From Pelagomonas calceolata (Eukaryota): DNA of 64,000 bases. The notes below the pieces were generated by a model. The model saw nothing but the letters and a program-made list of their open reading frames with translations. It had not been told where the DNA came from and did not search any database. Every line of letters starts with the position of its first letter. The stretch's first letter is position 1. The stretch is taken from the NCBI GenBank assembly GCA_918797485.1, contig CAKKNE010000003.1, positions 2,418,001-2,482,000 on the forward strand, read 5' to 3'. The position numbers were made by a program, and so were the translations under genes. Positions 33,306 to 42,598 of this stretch are shown one piece after another.

Positions 33306-34346
33306 TAGCCGCCGTAGCGGTCTCGTTGGACCCCATACTACCCCAGCGATAGTCAATTACAAGTATATGACATCTACATTATAAGAAGGGTACTTTTGGC
33401 TGCCCACGCTTGGGGCGTGAACATCTTTATCTGGACCTCGCGCAAGTCAGTCGATCGTGAAACAAACGATCTCTCCAAGGTCCATGGTGATGGTACACGG
33501 GCTGATGGTCGCAGGTCCAAATAATTCGGCCCAATTAGCCAGATCGTGGGCTCGCGAGACCAACGAGCCGCGCCGAGCATCTTTGGGTCTCGGAGCAATG
33601 TAGTACACAGTCAAGCTGGTTAGCTGGCCCGTCCCACAACCAAAGCGCCTGAAACGCAAATTTATTTCACAACTCACGGGTCTGGGGCCAATTCAGTGCC
33701 CCGCGTACGCACCGTCGTCCGCGGAGAACGGGCAGGTCGGTCGATCGTGAATAGAACAACGGCGTTATGGTCCATCTGGAAGGTATCGTCGCCGATACTC
33801 GCGGGTGCAGGTTCTGAATCCATCTTCGCAAAAACTTGGGGGCGCCGAGTCGACGAATCGGGAGGCTCTAACGGAGCACCTATCATAGCTCATAGTCGCT
33901 GAGGCGGCTATGATGGAATCTACCACCAACAAACGGAAGGAAACGAACATAAACGCGAGAGTTGTCTAGTAGAATTCTTCTCCCGCCTTCCGAGCGCGGG
34001 CCGTCGGCTCCGGTTCCGTCGAGTGTGTATGAAAACTGGGCTGGAGTTGATATAATGTACTATCTGGACGATAGATGGCGGCGTCAATCGTTGGTGTAAT
34101 TTGGCAAGCCGTAAGACTTATCCGTGAATGTCGCGGGCGGTGCCTTCCGGGAGGCGCGAGGGTATGTTCCCGCGCCCCTACGCTGAAATCTTTGGTCGCG
34201 GCGAACGACTAGGATGTGTTCTGAATTTGGGTCATTCTTTTGACGCTATCGGAGCGTATCTTTGAATTTGCTAGTAAGTCGCTACGCTAGCTAACTCTAC
34301 CAGAGCAATTCCCGCCGCCGCGACCCTCAGACCCCGCCAAAGCAAG

Positions 34347-34730
34347 ATGATCCTCACAACTTGCGCCGCCTGCGCCGCCCCACTGGCCCACACCGCGCCG
34401 CGATGTATTAGATGCCACACGAGATACTGTAACAAAACTTGCCAGCATGACCACTGGCGCCGCGGTCACAAGCAGATGTGTAAAAAAATACACCGCGGCG
34501 GCAACGCCGAGCAATACCACGCCAACAAAAAATATAAGGAGGCCGTCGCGGTCGCGGTCGAGAAATGCGCGGACGACACGAAGGGCCAGACGTGCTACAT
34601 TTGTACGCAGGCGCTCCATTGGAAAACGAAGGAGGGCCTCGTGCGCGGGTGTGCGTGCCGCGGGACGGCGGGCTTCGCGCATGTTTCTTGTCTGGCGGAG
34701 CAGGCGAAGATTTTGATGGACGAGGCCGAA
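34347..34730 (+). pseudogene. 3'-truncated MYND zinc finger + RING-variant gene
   Basis: CAAC...CIRC...YCNKTCQHDHW..GHKQMC (MYND) and CYIC...GCACRGTAGFAHVSCL (RINGv start); then the sequence switches abruptly to U2-like DNA. Confidence 0.8.
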
Positions 34731-34844
34731 TGCCTTGGAATACTTATCACTCGCATTTTTGGGATTAGGGGGTGACGCGTCGCTTGCGTACCGTCCTCCC
34801 ACCGATGTCCACGGCCTTGCACCACCGCCGTGTGACGTCAACCC
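34731..34844 (+). ncRNA. 3' half of a divergent U2 snRNA (fragment)
   Basis: Aligns with 38704-38817: Sm-site-like atttttg, stem III with cttg loop, stem IV with ttgcac loop. No 5' half or branch-point recognition region. Confidence 0.8.
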
Positions 34845-35218
34845 AAGGTACTACCCTTGTAAAACATTTTTTTTTGGCTTTAATTATTTTGACTCTGGAG
34901 CTAGCGGCGCGAGGCACTAGCAGACAAGCCGCTGGAGAGCAGCACCATTGCACGGCTGTACTCCTAACGCAAACGAGCAATTCCTCGTGAGCGATCGTCT
35001 GCGCGTCGCACCGACGTCGTTGGAGCACGCTACGATACCGCCGTGCGTCTCCGGCCGCGCACAGCCGCACCCCACCCGAGACAGCGATCCCACTCACGCC
35101 GCAAAGCGTGCGGTTGAGCAGCGAAATTCGGACCGGGTCGCGTCGATAGCGTACAAGCCACCTCCATACCGCGCGCAAGTCTAACCAACCGCAGCCTCCG
35201 CGGGGCCGAGAGACCGTC

Positions 35219-36537
35219 ATGGCGTCATACGACGAAGCCCTCCAAAAGATGTACAGCGACCGCCTCACGCGCTTCTACCGGAACTACGACGAGGCCAAGG
35301 TCGCGAGCGTCCCAAGCCGTGCGGAAATCAAAATGAACCAGTGGCCCGCGCGAGCGCCGAGTGACGACTCGCGTCGATGGCGTGTCAGCTCTACCATCAC
35401 GGGAAAGAGCTCCCGACGCGGCGCGGCGATGGCGTGAAGCGGGGCCCGCGTCGCGTCGATGGCGTTCGGGGTGGCCCGCGTCGACGCCTAGACGTCGTCG
35501 GCGTGAGGATGACAGAGAGATGGAGAGAGAGAAACCAGAACAGGATGTTTCGAGAGACGTGGATGACAGAGAGAAGGAGAGAGAGGGAGATCAGAACAGC
35601 CATAGAACTCCACGCCACACTCAGGTCCCGACGCTCCTCCAAAAGTACAAAGGCAAAGAAGAGCAGCTCCTCGCGGCCATGGTCAAGAAGTACGGCCCCG
35701 AGCCCGAGCCCGAGGACGACGCCGCCGACGCGGCGGCGACGGACGAGGAGGACGACGAGCACCCGCGCGTCGCGCCGGGCAAGAACGCCGACGGCGCCGA
35801 CGACGACGAGGAGCTGGCGCAGCCGGCGCCCGAGGAGCCGTTTGTGCGCGGCGTCCGTTGTTTCTTCGACGCGGCGCGGCGATGGCGTGAAGCAGCCCGC
35901 GTCGACGCCTAGATGTCGTCGCGGCGCGGCGATGGCGTGAAGCCGGGCCCGCCTCGCGTCGACGGCGTCCGGGATGGCTCGGGTAGGGTGAAGAGAGATG
36001 GGAGGAGAGAGAGAGAGAGCGATAAAAACGCGCAGGGAATCCGACGGCGAGGACAAGGTCCCGATCTACTGCCCCTTGAACGGCCTTCCGCCGGAGTACT
36101 GCGAGTACTACCCCGACTACGACAAGACGCGGCCCTGGATCGCCGAGCACTGCCCCCATTTACTAAAGGGCGAGGACGAGGCCGGCGACGTCGGCAAGAA
36201 GGGCAAGCGCGGCGGCGGCGTCATCAAGAAGAAGACCATCAGCGCCGACAAGCAGAAGGTCATCATCTCGAAGGAGGTGCGGAACAAGAAGAAGGCCGTG
36301 ACGAGCGTCGAGGGCCTCGAGACCTTCTCCGTCAAGCTCAAGGACGCGGCCAAGGTCTTCGGGAAGAAGTTCGCGGCCTCGTCGTCGGTCAAGGAGAAGG
36401 ACAGCGGCGGCCAGGAGATCGTCATCCAGGGCGACGTCATCTGGGACCTGCCCGCGCTGCTCGAGAAGGAGTACAAGATCCCGAAGTCCAAGATCTTCGA
36501 GCGCGAGAAGGGCGGCAAGCTGTCGAAGGTGCGGTAA
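35219..36537 (+). CDS. DENR: DENR/Tma22 (SUI1-domain) protein with extra N-terminal helical domain; exons 35219-35308, 35625-35839, 36036-36537
   Basis: YCPLNGLPPEYCEY, RNKKKAVTSVEGLETF, KVFGKKFAASSSV, EIVIQGDV. Two GT-AG introns restore the frame. Confidence 0.85.
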
Positions 36538-36598
36538 GGTTCTTTGAGTTATCACGGTCGCGGCGATGGCGTGGGGGTTCGGAAAAACACAAATCCTC

Positions 36599-37405
36599 TT
36601 ACTCGATGACGACCACGTCGTCGTCGTCGTCCGGCAGCGGCCGCTTCCGGTACTTGTCCGCCTCCTGCCTCAGGCGCCGCTCGTAGGCCGGCCGGTTCCG
36701 CTCGTAGAGCGTCTGGACCTCGGGCCGCGCGCCGGCGGGGAACGGGTTGTCCAGCAGCTCCTGGATCGCGCACAGAATTTGCTTGATCGTGATCGACGGC
36801 GACCACTGGCCGTGCCACGTCCCGTCGGGCTCGTTCAGCAGATTGAGGCAGATGCGCCCGCTGCTCCAGACGTTCAGGTGCCAGAAGACCTGTGCGTAAA
36901 ACAAAATTTCACGGCGCATTCGTGCTGAGTCGTCGCGTCGACCTCCACGCCAGACGCGCCGGCTCACTGGTTGATTTGTGCACGGTTCTTCGACCTCGCC
37001 CGGCCGCGACACGAACTTGACGACCGGCGCCGTCGCGGGGTAGTCGCTGGAGAACTCCATCGTGAGGTTGAACTCGCAGCCCTCCCACCTGCACGCGCGT
37101 GGCGTCGTCATCAGGGTGCGTCGCGGCGATGGCGTGACGGTGGGTAGCACGTCTCGCGTGCGCCGTGCGGGGACGCCGTCGTGCCGACAAGACGTCGAGA
37201 CACGACCCGATACGAGTATGAGAAGGCACCGCGGACGCGGAAACGCGTACATCGTGTCCTTCTTGCCCGGGATGACGACGTCCCAGTTCAGGAGGTCCGT
37301 CGACCCGTCGGCCTTGCTCCGAGGCCGCGCGACGAAGCCGATGGGGTGGTCCTTGCGCCAGCTGCGCCGTTCCTCGCGGAGGCGTCCTTCGGCTATGCCG
37401 GCCAT
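36599..37405 (-). CDS. UBC9: SUMO-conjugating enzyme Ubc9; exons 37405-37251, 37088-36995, 36889-36599
   Basis: MAGIAEGRLREERRSWRKDHPIGFVARP, IPGKKDTM/WEG, HLNVWSSGRICLNLL, WSPSITIKQIL. Confidence 0.92.
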   Translation of the reverse strand: MAGIAEGRLREERRSWRKDHPIGFVARPRSKADGSTDLLNWDVVIPGKKDTMYAFPRPRCLLILVSGRVSTSCRHDGVPARRTRDVLPTVTPSPRRTLMTTPRACRWEGCEFNLTMEFSSDYPATAPVVKFVSRPGEVEEPCTNQPVSRRVWRGGRRDDSARMRREILFYAQVFWHLNVWSSGRICLNLLNEPDGTWHGQWSPSITIKQILCAIQELLDNPFPAGARPEVQTLYERNRPAYERRLRQEADKYRKRPLPDDDDDVVVIE

Positions 37406-38628
37406 TTTTTCGCGGCTCTCGCTCTGGTTCGCCGCGGTCTTCGCGGCGCTGCTGGTGGTTCGCGCCGCGTCGGGCGGGCTGGGTCTTAGCGCGCGAGCGC
37501 TGCGGTCGTTGCAACTGTGCCTGTTGCTGTTCTGCCGGCTACAGCGGCCGCCCGGCTTTTGAGTCTCGCCAGAGGGCGCGCGCAGTACTGGGCGCAGCGA
37601 TGGCACTTCACTTCGCCTCGCGCGCACCTCGACGGGTCGGCGTGGGCGGTTTTTTGGTCGGCGGTCGTGGGCCAAACCAGCGCGATACGTACTAGCTCTA
37701 GGCTCGCGCTGATGTTTCAAGATTGTTTTGCTTTGCTTAGAGCTAGGAACCGACTCCGGGGAAAACCCTCCGGCTCTCATACGCCGTCGCCCCGAGTGTT
37801 CTCAGCTCGGAGGCGACGACGGTGACGACGGCGAGGGGGAAGCAGGCCGGAAGACGCCGGAAGGAGGATGCGGAGGATACCGCGGCGGAGGAACCTTCCG
37901 GATACTGCCATACGAGGCCGAAGAAGACGACGAGGATGAACGAATTGCGTCAGACGCGGGGCGCCGCCGCGGCGGGCGCCTCGACGTCTTCGTCGCGCGG
38001 CGGGGTCGCCCAGGGGATCGCAGAGTAGCAGCACCCGGCGACAGCCAGTATCAAGAACAAAAGCAAGACGATGAGGTGGGCCGGGAGGGTCATGTCGTGT
38101 GCGCCGCAGCCGTCGCCGGCTGGACTCTTTTGTCTTTTGTCGTAACGGCGTCTCGCTGAAGCAAGCGCGGCGGCGGCGCAGGGCTGTCCGGTGCTAACAG
38201 CTTCTCCGTGCTGACAATCCTTTCGGCTGCTGGCGCGCGGCGGCGGCGCGGCGGTTAGACTTCGCGACGTAAACGCAGCGGACCGCAAAGCAAAAAGCAA
38301 GCTCGCGGCCGAGCGGAAACAGCCAAGCGCGAAGGGGCAGCCAAGCGCGTGGCGCGGCGCAGACCAGCGCGTGCTGGGGGCAGCCCTTGGGCTCCTCCCG
38401 ACTCCGGGCGCGGCAGGCTGCCGCGCACGAGCACAAGGCCGCCGGGGCAGCCCCACGGCGGTATGCAGGGCCGAAAAATGGGACGCGGCGGCCTCGGGGA
38501 GCCCAAGCTCGCGCCAGCTGCCGCCTTTTTGCCGCTCCCTCGCCCGGATCGTAAAATTGACGCGAAAGTGTCATGGCCTGGGGGGCGCTAAACCGCGATT
38601 CGTCGGCCGAGCGACTAAGCGCTCTCTC

Positions 38629-38818
38629 ACCTTTCTCGGCCTTTTGGCTAAGATCAAGTGTAGTATCTGTTCTTATCAGTGTGATAACTGATATCCTTAG
38701 CACTGCTTTGGAATTCTTATCACTCGTATTTTTATGATCCGATGGTGATGCTCTGCTTGCAGACGTCCTGTCACAGATGTCCTAGTGCCTTGCACAACCG
38801 CCTAGTGACGTCGACCCC
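38629..38818 (+). ncRNA. U2: U2 spliceosomal snRNA
   Basis: ttctcggccttttggctaagatcaagtgtagtatctgttcttatcag is the conserved U2 5' region with the GUAGUA branch-site sequence; Sm site and 3' stems follow. Ends approximate. Confidence 0.95.
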
Positions 38819-39154
38819 TCCCCTCTCTCCTCTCTCTCTCATCCACCACGTACGCCTCGACGCGTCGTCGATCACGGCGGCTCCGGAGCTTGCTTGTCGC
38901 GCGAACCGCGGCCGTCGCGCGAAAAACGCTGGCGTGGCCACTGGCCGGGCCGCGGCGGCGGCATACCGGTGGAGGAAAATCGCGTCGATCGCGGAGGCTC
39001 CGGCGCTCGCGGCGACGGCGTACTGGCCCCGGTCGCGCGCGGACCGCCGTCGCGCGAAAAACGAACCTACCCCACCGATACGCCGTCGCCGCACGGAAGT
39101 ACTGCTTTGTTTCATTGAATTAACCCACAGAAGACCCCCCCGGAGAGAGAGACA

Positions 39155-40477
39155 CTAGCGCAGCTGCGCCCGGTCCACGGTCTTCACGCGCACCGTCTCG
39201 AGCTTCGACGCGTCCGCGCCCCGCATCACCCGCAAGACCACATCAGAGCCGATCTCCGTCTCCTCGACGAGCGCTAGTAAATCCTCGACCGTCCTGACAG
39301 CGACACCGTTCACCTCCGTGATCAGGTCCCCTAAAAATAATTGGCCGGCCTTGCGCATGCAGCCCGTGAGGCCGGCCTCGCCGCCCGGTGTATTGGGAGG
39401 CGCCTCCATGACCAGCACACCCTCCAGCGGCGTGCCCAACCTTTGGGCTAATCCGCGCGTCATCTGATCGTCAGCCACCGTGATGCCCATGCTCGGTCTC
39501 AACATCCTGCCATACCGGATGAGCTGGTTCACGATTCTCCTAACCGTGTCTACGGGAATCGCAAACCCAATTCCGGCCGACGCGCCGCTCGGACTGTATA
39601 TAGCGGTATTGACACCGACCAGCCTTCCTTTCGCATCTAGCAGCGGACCGCCCGAGTTACCAGGGTTAATGGAAGCGTCGGTCTGGACGCAGCCCTTGAT
39701 CGGCCGACCCGCGACGCCTTGGACTTCCCTTCCGACCGCCGAGACAATACCCTGCGTTAAGGTCGAGTCCAGCCCAAAGGGGTTGCCGATCGCGAACACG
39801 CTCTGCCCTACAAGTAACTCGGACGAACTGCCGACGGTGATGGGCCTCAGGACCGACTTCGGCGCGCGCACCTTGAGGACCGCAATATCTTTTTCGGGCT
39901 CCGCGCCGACTAGCGTCGCCTCGTAGGCGTTCATACTACCATCACCTAAGCCAATACCAGTCACGGTCGCCTTCTGGGCCTGCTGGATGACGTGGTAGTT
40001 CGTGACGATGTGGCCTTGGTCGTCCCACACAAATCCCGAGCCGGACCCCTGGGGCACGACCTCGCCGCGCATCGTTAACGGGCCCGCACTCCGCACGACA
40101 GACGTCTGGATGAAGGCTACGGACGGCGAGACTCGTTCGAAGAGCTTGACGGTGTTCCGTTCTCCGGCACTCAATCCAGCGAGCGCGGTGTTGCCCTCCT
40201 CCGTGTAGTCGCCGCGCAACGCGGCTTGCAACCTAGCTACTAATTCACTCTTCTCCAAGCAATCCCGGAAGTCGACGCCTCGTTCTGTTAACAATCTCTT
40301 GAGCTCTGAAGTCGTGAAGTCCGAGACACTTCTAGCTCCACCTCTCGTCGAGTGGAGGCGGTGGACCGGCTTCGACTTGTTGAGGAGCCGCCCGAAGCCA
40401 GGAACAACAAATCCGAGCGGCCGCTGCGCCAGCGACGCCGTGAGGACTGTCCTGAGAGGGGTAGCGAGCCTCATCAT
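39155..40477 (-). CDS. Deg/HtrA serine protease (Deg1-like) with PDZ domain
   Basis: GSGSGFVWD, VTNYHVI, DIAVL, AIGNPFGLD, QTDASINPGNSGGPLL; N-terminal targeting sequence. Confidence 0.93.
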   Translation of the reverse strand: MMRLATPLRTVLTASLAQRPLGFVVPGFGRLLNKSKPVHRLHSTRGGARSVSDFTTSELKRLLTERGVDFRDCLEKSELVARLQAALRGDYTEEGNTALAGLSAGERNTVKLFERVSPSVAFIQTSVVRSAGPLTMRGEVVPQGSGSGFVWDDQGHIVTNYHVIQQAQKATVTGIGLGDGSMNAYEATLVGAEPEKDIAVLKVRAPKSVLRPITVGSSSELLVGQSVFAIGNPFGLDSTLTQGIVSAVGREVQGVAGRPIKGCVQTDASINPGNSGGPLLDAKGRLVGVNTAIYSPSGASAGIGFAIPVDTVRRIVNQLIRYGRMLRPSMGITVADDQMTRGLAQRLGTPLEGVLVMEAPPNTPGGEAGLTGCMRKAGQLFLGDLITEVNGVAVRTVEDLLALVEETEIGSDVVLRVMRGADASKLETVRVKTVDRAQLR

Positions 40478-41107
40478 CGACTGGCGGTTTCTCTGGTGCT
40501 GCGCGTCGGCACCGCTTCTCGGCGTCGATTTATGCGGCTTTCTGGAGTGTGTTTTTGGCCTGGCCGCGTCTGACTGCGGCCTGAGGTTGTGTGGCTGGAA
40601 TGAGCTCTGTGCTTTTGGCTAGTGTCTCACGGCTAGCTAGTTCTTTGGAGCTCCATCGAAGTCGACCCACGGAGCAATCAGATCACACGCCCAGAACCCC
40701 GGCCTCGAAGCATCGCTGGTCTGCCACACCCAAAGAGCTACTAGGAATCGTTTGGTGGTGCCACCGTCCGGCAAAAGGACCGTCGTGAGGCTGCCCAATC
40801 ATCGTACCGCGAGCGTAGCACGCCGTTTCGCGGTACCGGGTTGCTGCGGCACGCGTTACCGCTCTGGCTGCCCGGCGACGTAAGGGTAGGCCGCCGCACT
40901 GTGGTACTGGGGGCTGCACTGCTACGCCGTCGCCGCAGCTAAGCCATCGTTGACAGCCACCGTCCTGTGGCAAAAGCGCACGGCAAGGACCATCGCACGT
41001 CAGGCTGCCAACCTAGGTTGCCGTACCGCGGTACCGGATTGCCGCGGCGAAACGCGGTGCTCTAGGTCAGCCCTACACCACAACACAAAAACAACAAGCA
41101 AAAAAGG

Positions 41108-42586
41108 ATGGCCGCCATCATCCGAGGAAGAAGAGACGCCCTCGCGAAACTCGAACTCGAGTTCACCGTGGGTCGAGATACACCCTTCGCGCCGCACCCT
41201 GATATTGAAAGTAGATGGGCCGATTTGATGGCCCACATGTGGCTCTCGGAAGAGGAACGGTTGTCGTATATTCGCGAGCTGCGCGAGCGCAAGGCGGCGC
41301 GTAAGTTGGAGCATAAAGCTAAAAGAGGCGATAGCGCGGCGTCGGCTCAGGTCGAGGCAAAAAAGGAGAAGGAACGGGCCGCGCTGGAGGCGGCGCAGGC
41401 GAAGGCCCAGGCTTCTATTGACGAGTCCCTGCGGAATTTACGAAGAAGGTTGTACGCTTACGACGTGAAGGGCGAGGGGTATGTGGAATGTGCGCCGGCT
41501 CGCAACGCATGTAGGGGAGAGGGCCTGAGTATTGCTATAGACGGCGACGCGCGCGACCGCTGTCTTATTAAAGACGTCATCAAGACGGCTGAAAGAGCGG
41601 CCAGACGACGGGAGCAGCCGCGCGACGTCGAGTGTGTCAAAAGTACGACGGAGCCGCTGCCGTCGGTCGCGGACCTGCGGAAGGCCTTCTACGACGCGGA
41701 CGTCGACGGCCACGGCTGTTTACCGGCGGATCGAGTGCAAAGGAGGTGGCGGGACCTCTGCGGGAGCGCGGCGGACCCCGCGGTCATCGCGAAGGCCTCC
41801 AACGCGCGCGGCCAGATCACTCTGATAACTCTAGAGGACGCCATCGCATCAACAGGGCGCCGGCCCAAGGCGTCGGCGGCGTCGCGCTCCGTCACGTCGG
41901 CTCTGGTAAACTCGGCGCGCCGGCCTACTTCCAAACCGGACTCGTCCGAGGCGTCCTCCTCGGCGCCGGAACAGGCGCCTGAGGCTCCGCCGCCGTTACC
42001 ACGGCGCCGCGAGATCATCGTCGTGCGGGATGAAGAAAGGGACGCCGAGGCGGCGCGATTGCGCTTGCTGGGCGACGACGCGCCGGCCGAGCCGCCGGCG
42101 ATGCCGGACGCCCCTGCTTTTTGCACCTTGCGCGGCGCCGAGCGCGACTGCCGCTTCTTCACGACGGGCGTCATCTCTAACACGTCTTCTGGCTTCGTCG
42201 ACCTCACGTCTGAGAGGAGGGATGACGAGGACGCTTTTTTCGACCTGCGCCTGGGCGTCGCGTTTGGAGATAACGAGCCTGCAGACCCTTCACTAACTTG
42301 CACGCTCCGCTACCGCGGCGCGGCCCGCGATTTGTGTGTGCCGGTCCTCGGCGGCGACGGCGGACCGTGCAGAGCGCCGGTGATCCGCATCGCGCGGGCC
42401 GCGGCGCCCCTGAAGATCGCCGTTTTTGGGAGAGACGGAGCGCCGCTCGCGACGGCGGCGCTCGATTTGAACGCACTGACGGGCGAGAAGCTCCAGCGCG
42501 TGGTCCTGCGCGCGGCGCCTGCTTTTAGTGGGGCGCGCGCGCTCGGGGTCGTTTTTGAGGCGGAGGCGATTCATAATACACAGTGA
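41108..42586 (+). CDS. Hypothetical protein with coiled coil and EF-hand-like motifs
   Basis: LYAYDVKGEGYV and AFYDADVDGHGCL resemble EF-hand loops; beta-rich C-terminus. Confidence 0.6.
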   Translation: MAAIIRGRRDALAKLELEFTVGRDTPFAPHPDIESRWADLMAHMWLSEEERLSYIRELRERKAARKLEHKAKRGDSAASAQVEAKKEKERAALEAAQAKAQASIDESLRNLRRRLYAYDVKGEGYVECAPARNACRGEGLSIAIDGDARDRCLIKDVIKTAERAARRREQPRDVECVKSTTEPLPSVADLRKAFYDADVDGHGCLPADRVQRRWRDLCGSAADPAVIAKASNARGQITLITLEDAIASTGRRPKASAASRSVTSALVNSARRPTSKPDSSEASSSAPEQAPEAPPPLPRRREIIVVRDEERDAEAARLRLLGDDAPAEPPAMPDAPAFCTLRGAERDCRFFTTGVISNTSSGFVDLTSERRDDEDAFFDLRLGVAFGDNEPADPSLTCTLRYRGAARDLCVPVLGGDGGPCRAPVIRIARAAAPLKIAVFGRDGAPLATAALDLNALTGEKLQRVVLRAAPAFSGARALGVVFEAEAIHNTQ

Positions 42587-42598
42587 TTCACTTACTAT

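Noticed and set aside
36599..37780. Single 393-aa UBC9 ORF as given in the track
   Set aside because: It includes 5' non-coding sequence and two in-frame introns; the spliced protein from ATG 37405 fits Ubc9.
37777..38093. Small hydrophobic minus-strand ORF (MTLPAHLIVLLLFLILAVAG) and possible TGA readthrough
   Set aside because: Under 50 codons with no homology evidence and no visible recoding signal.
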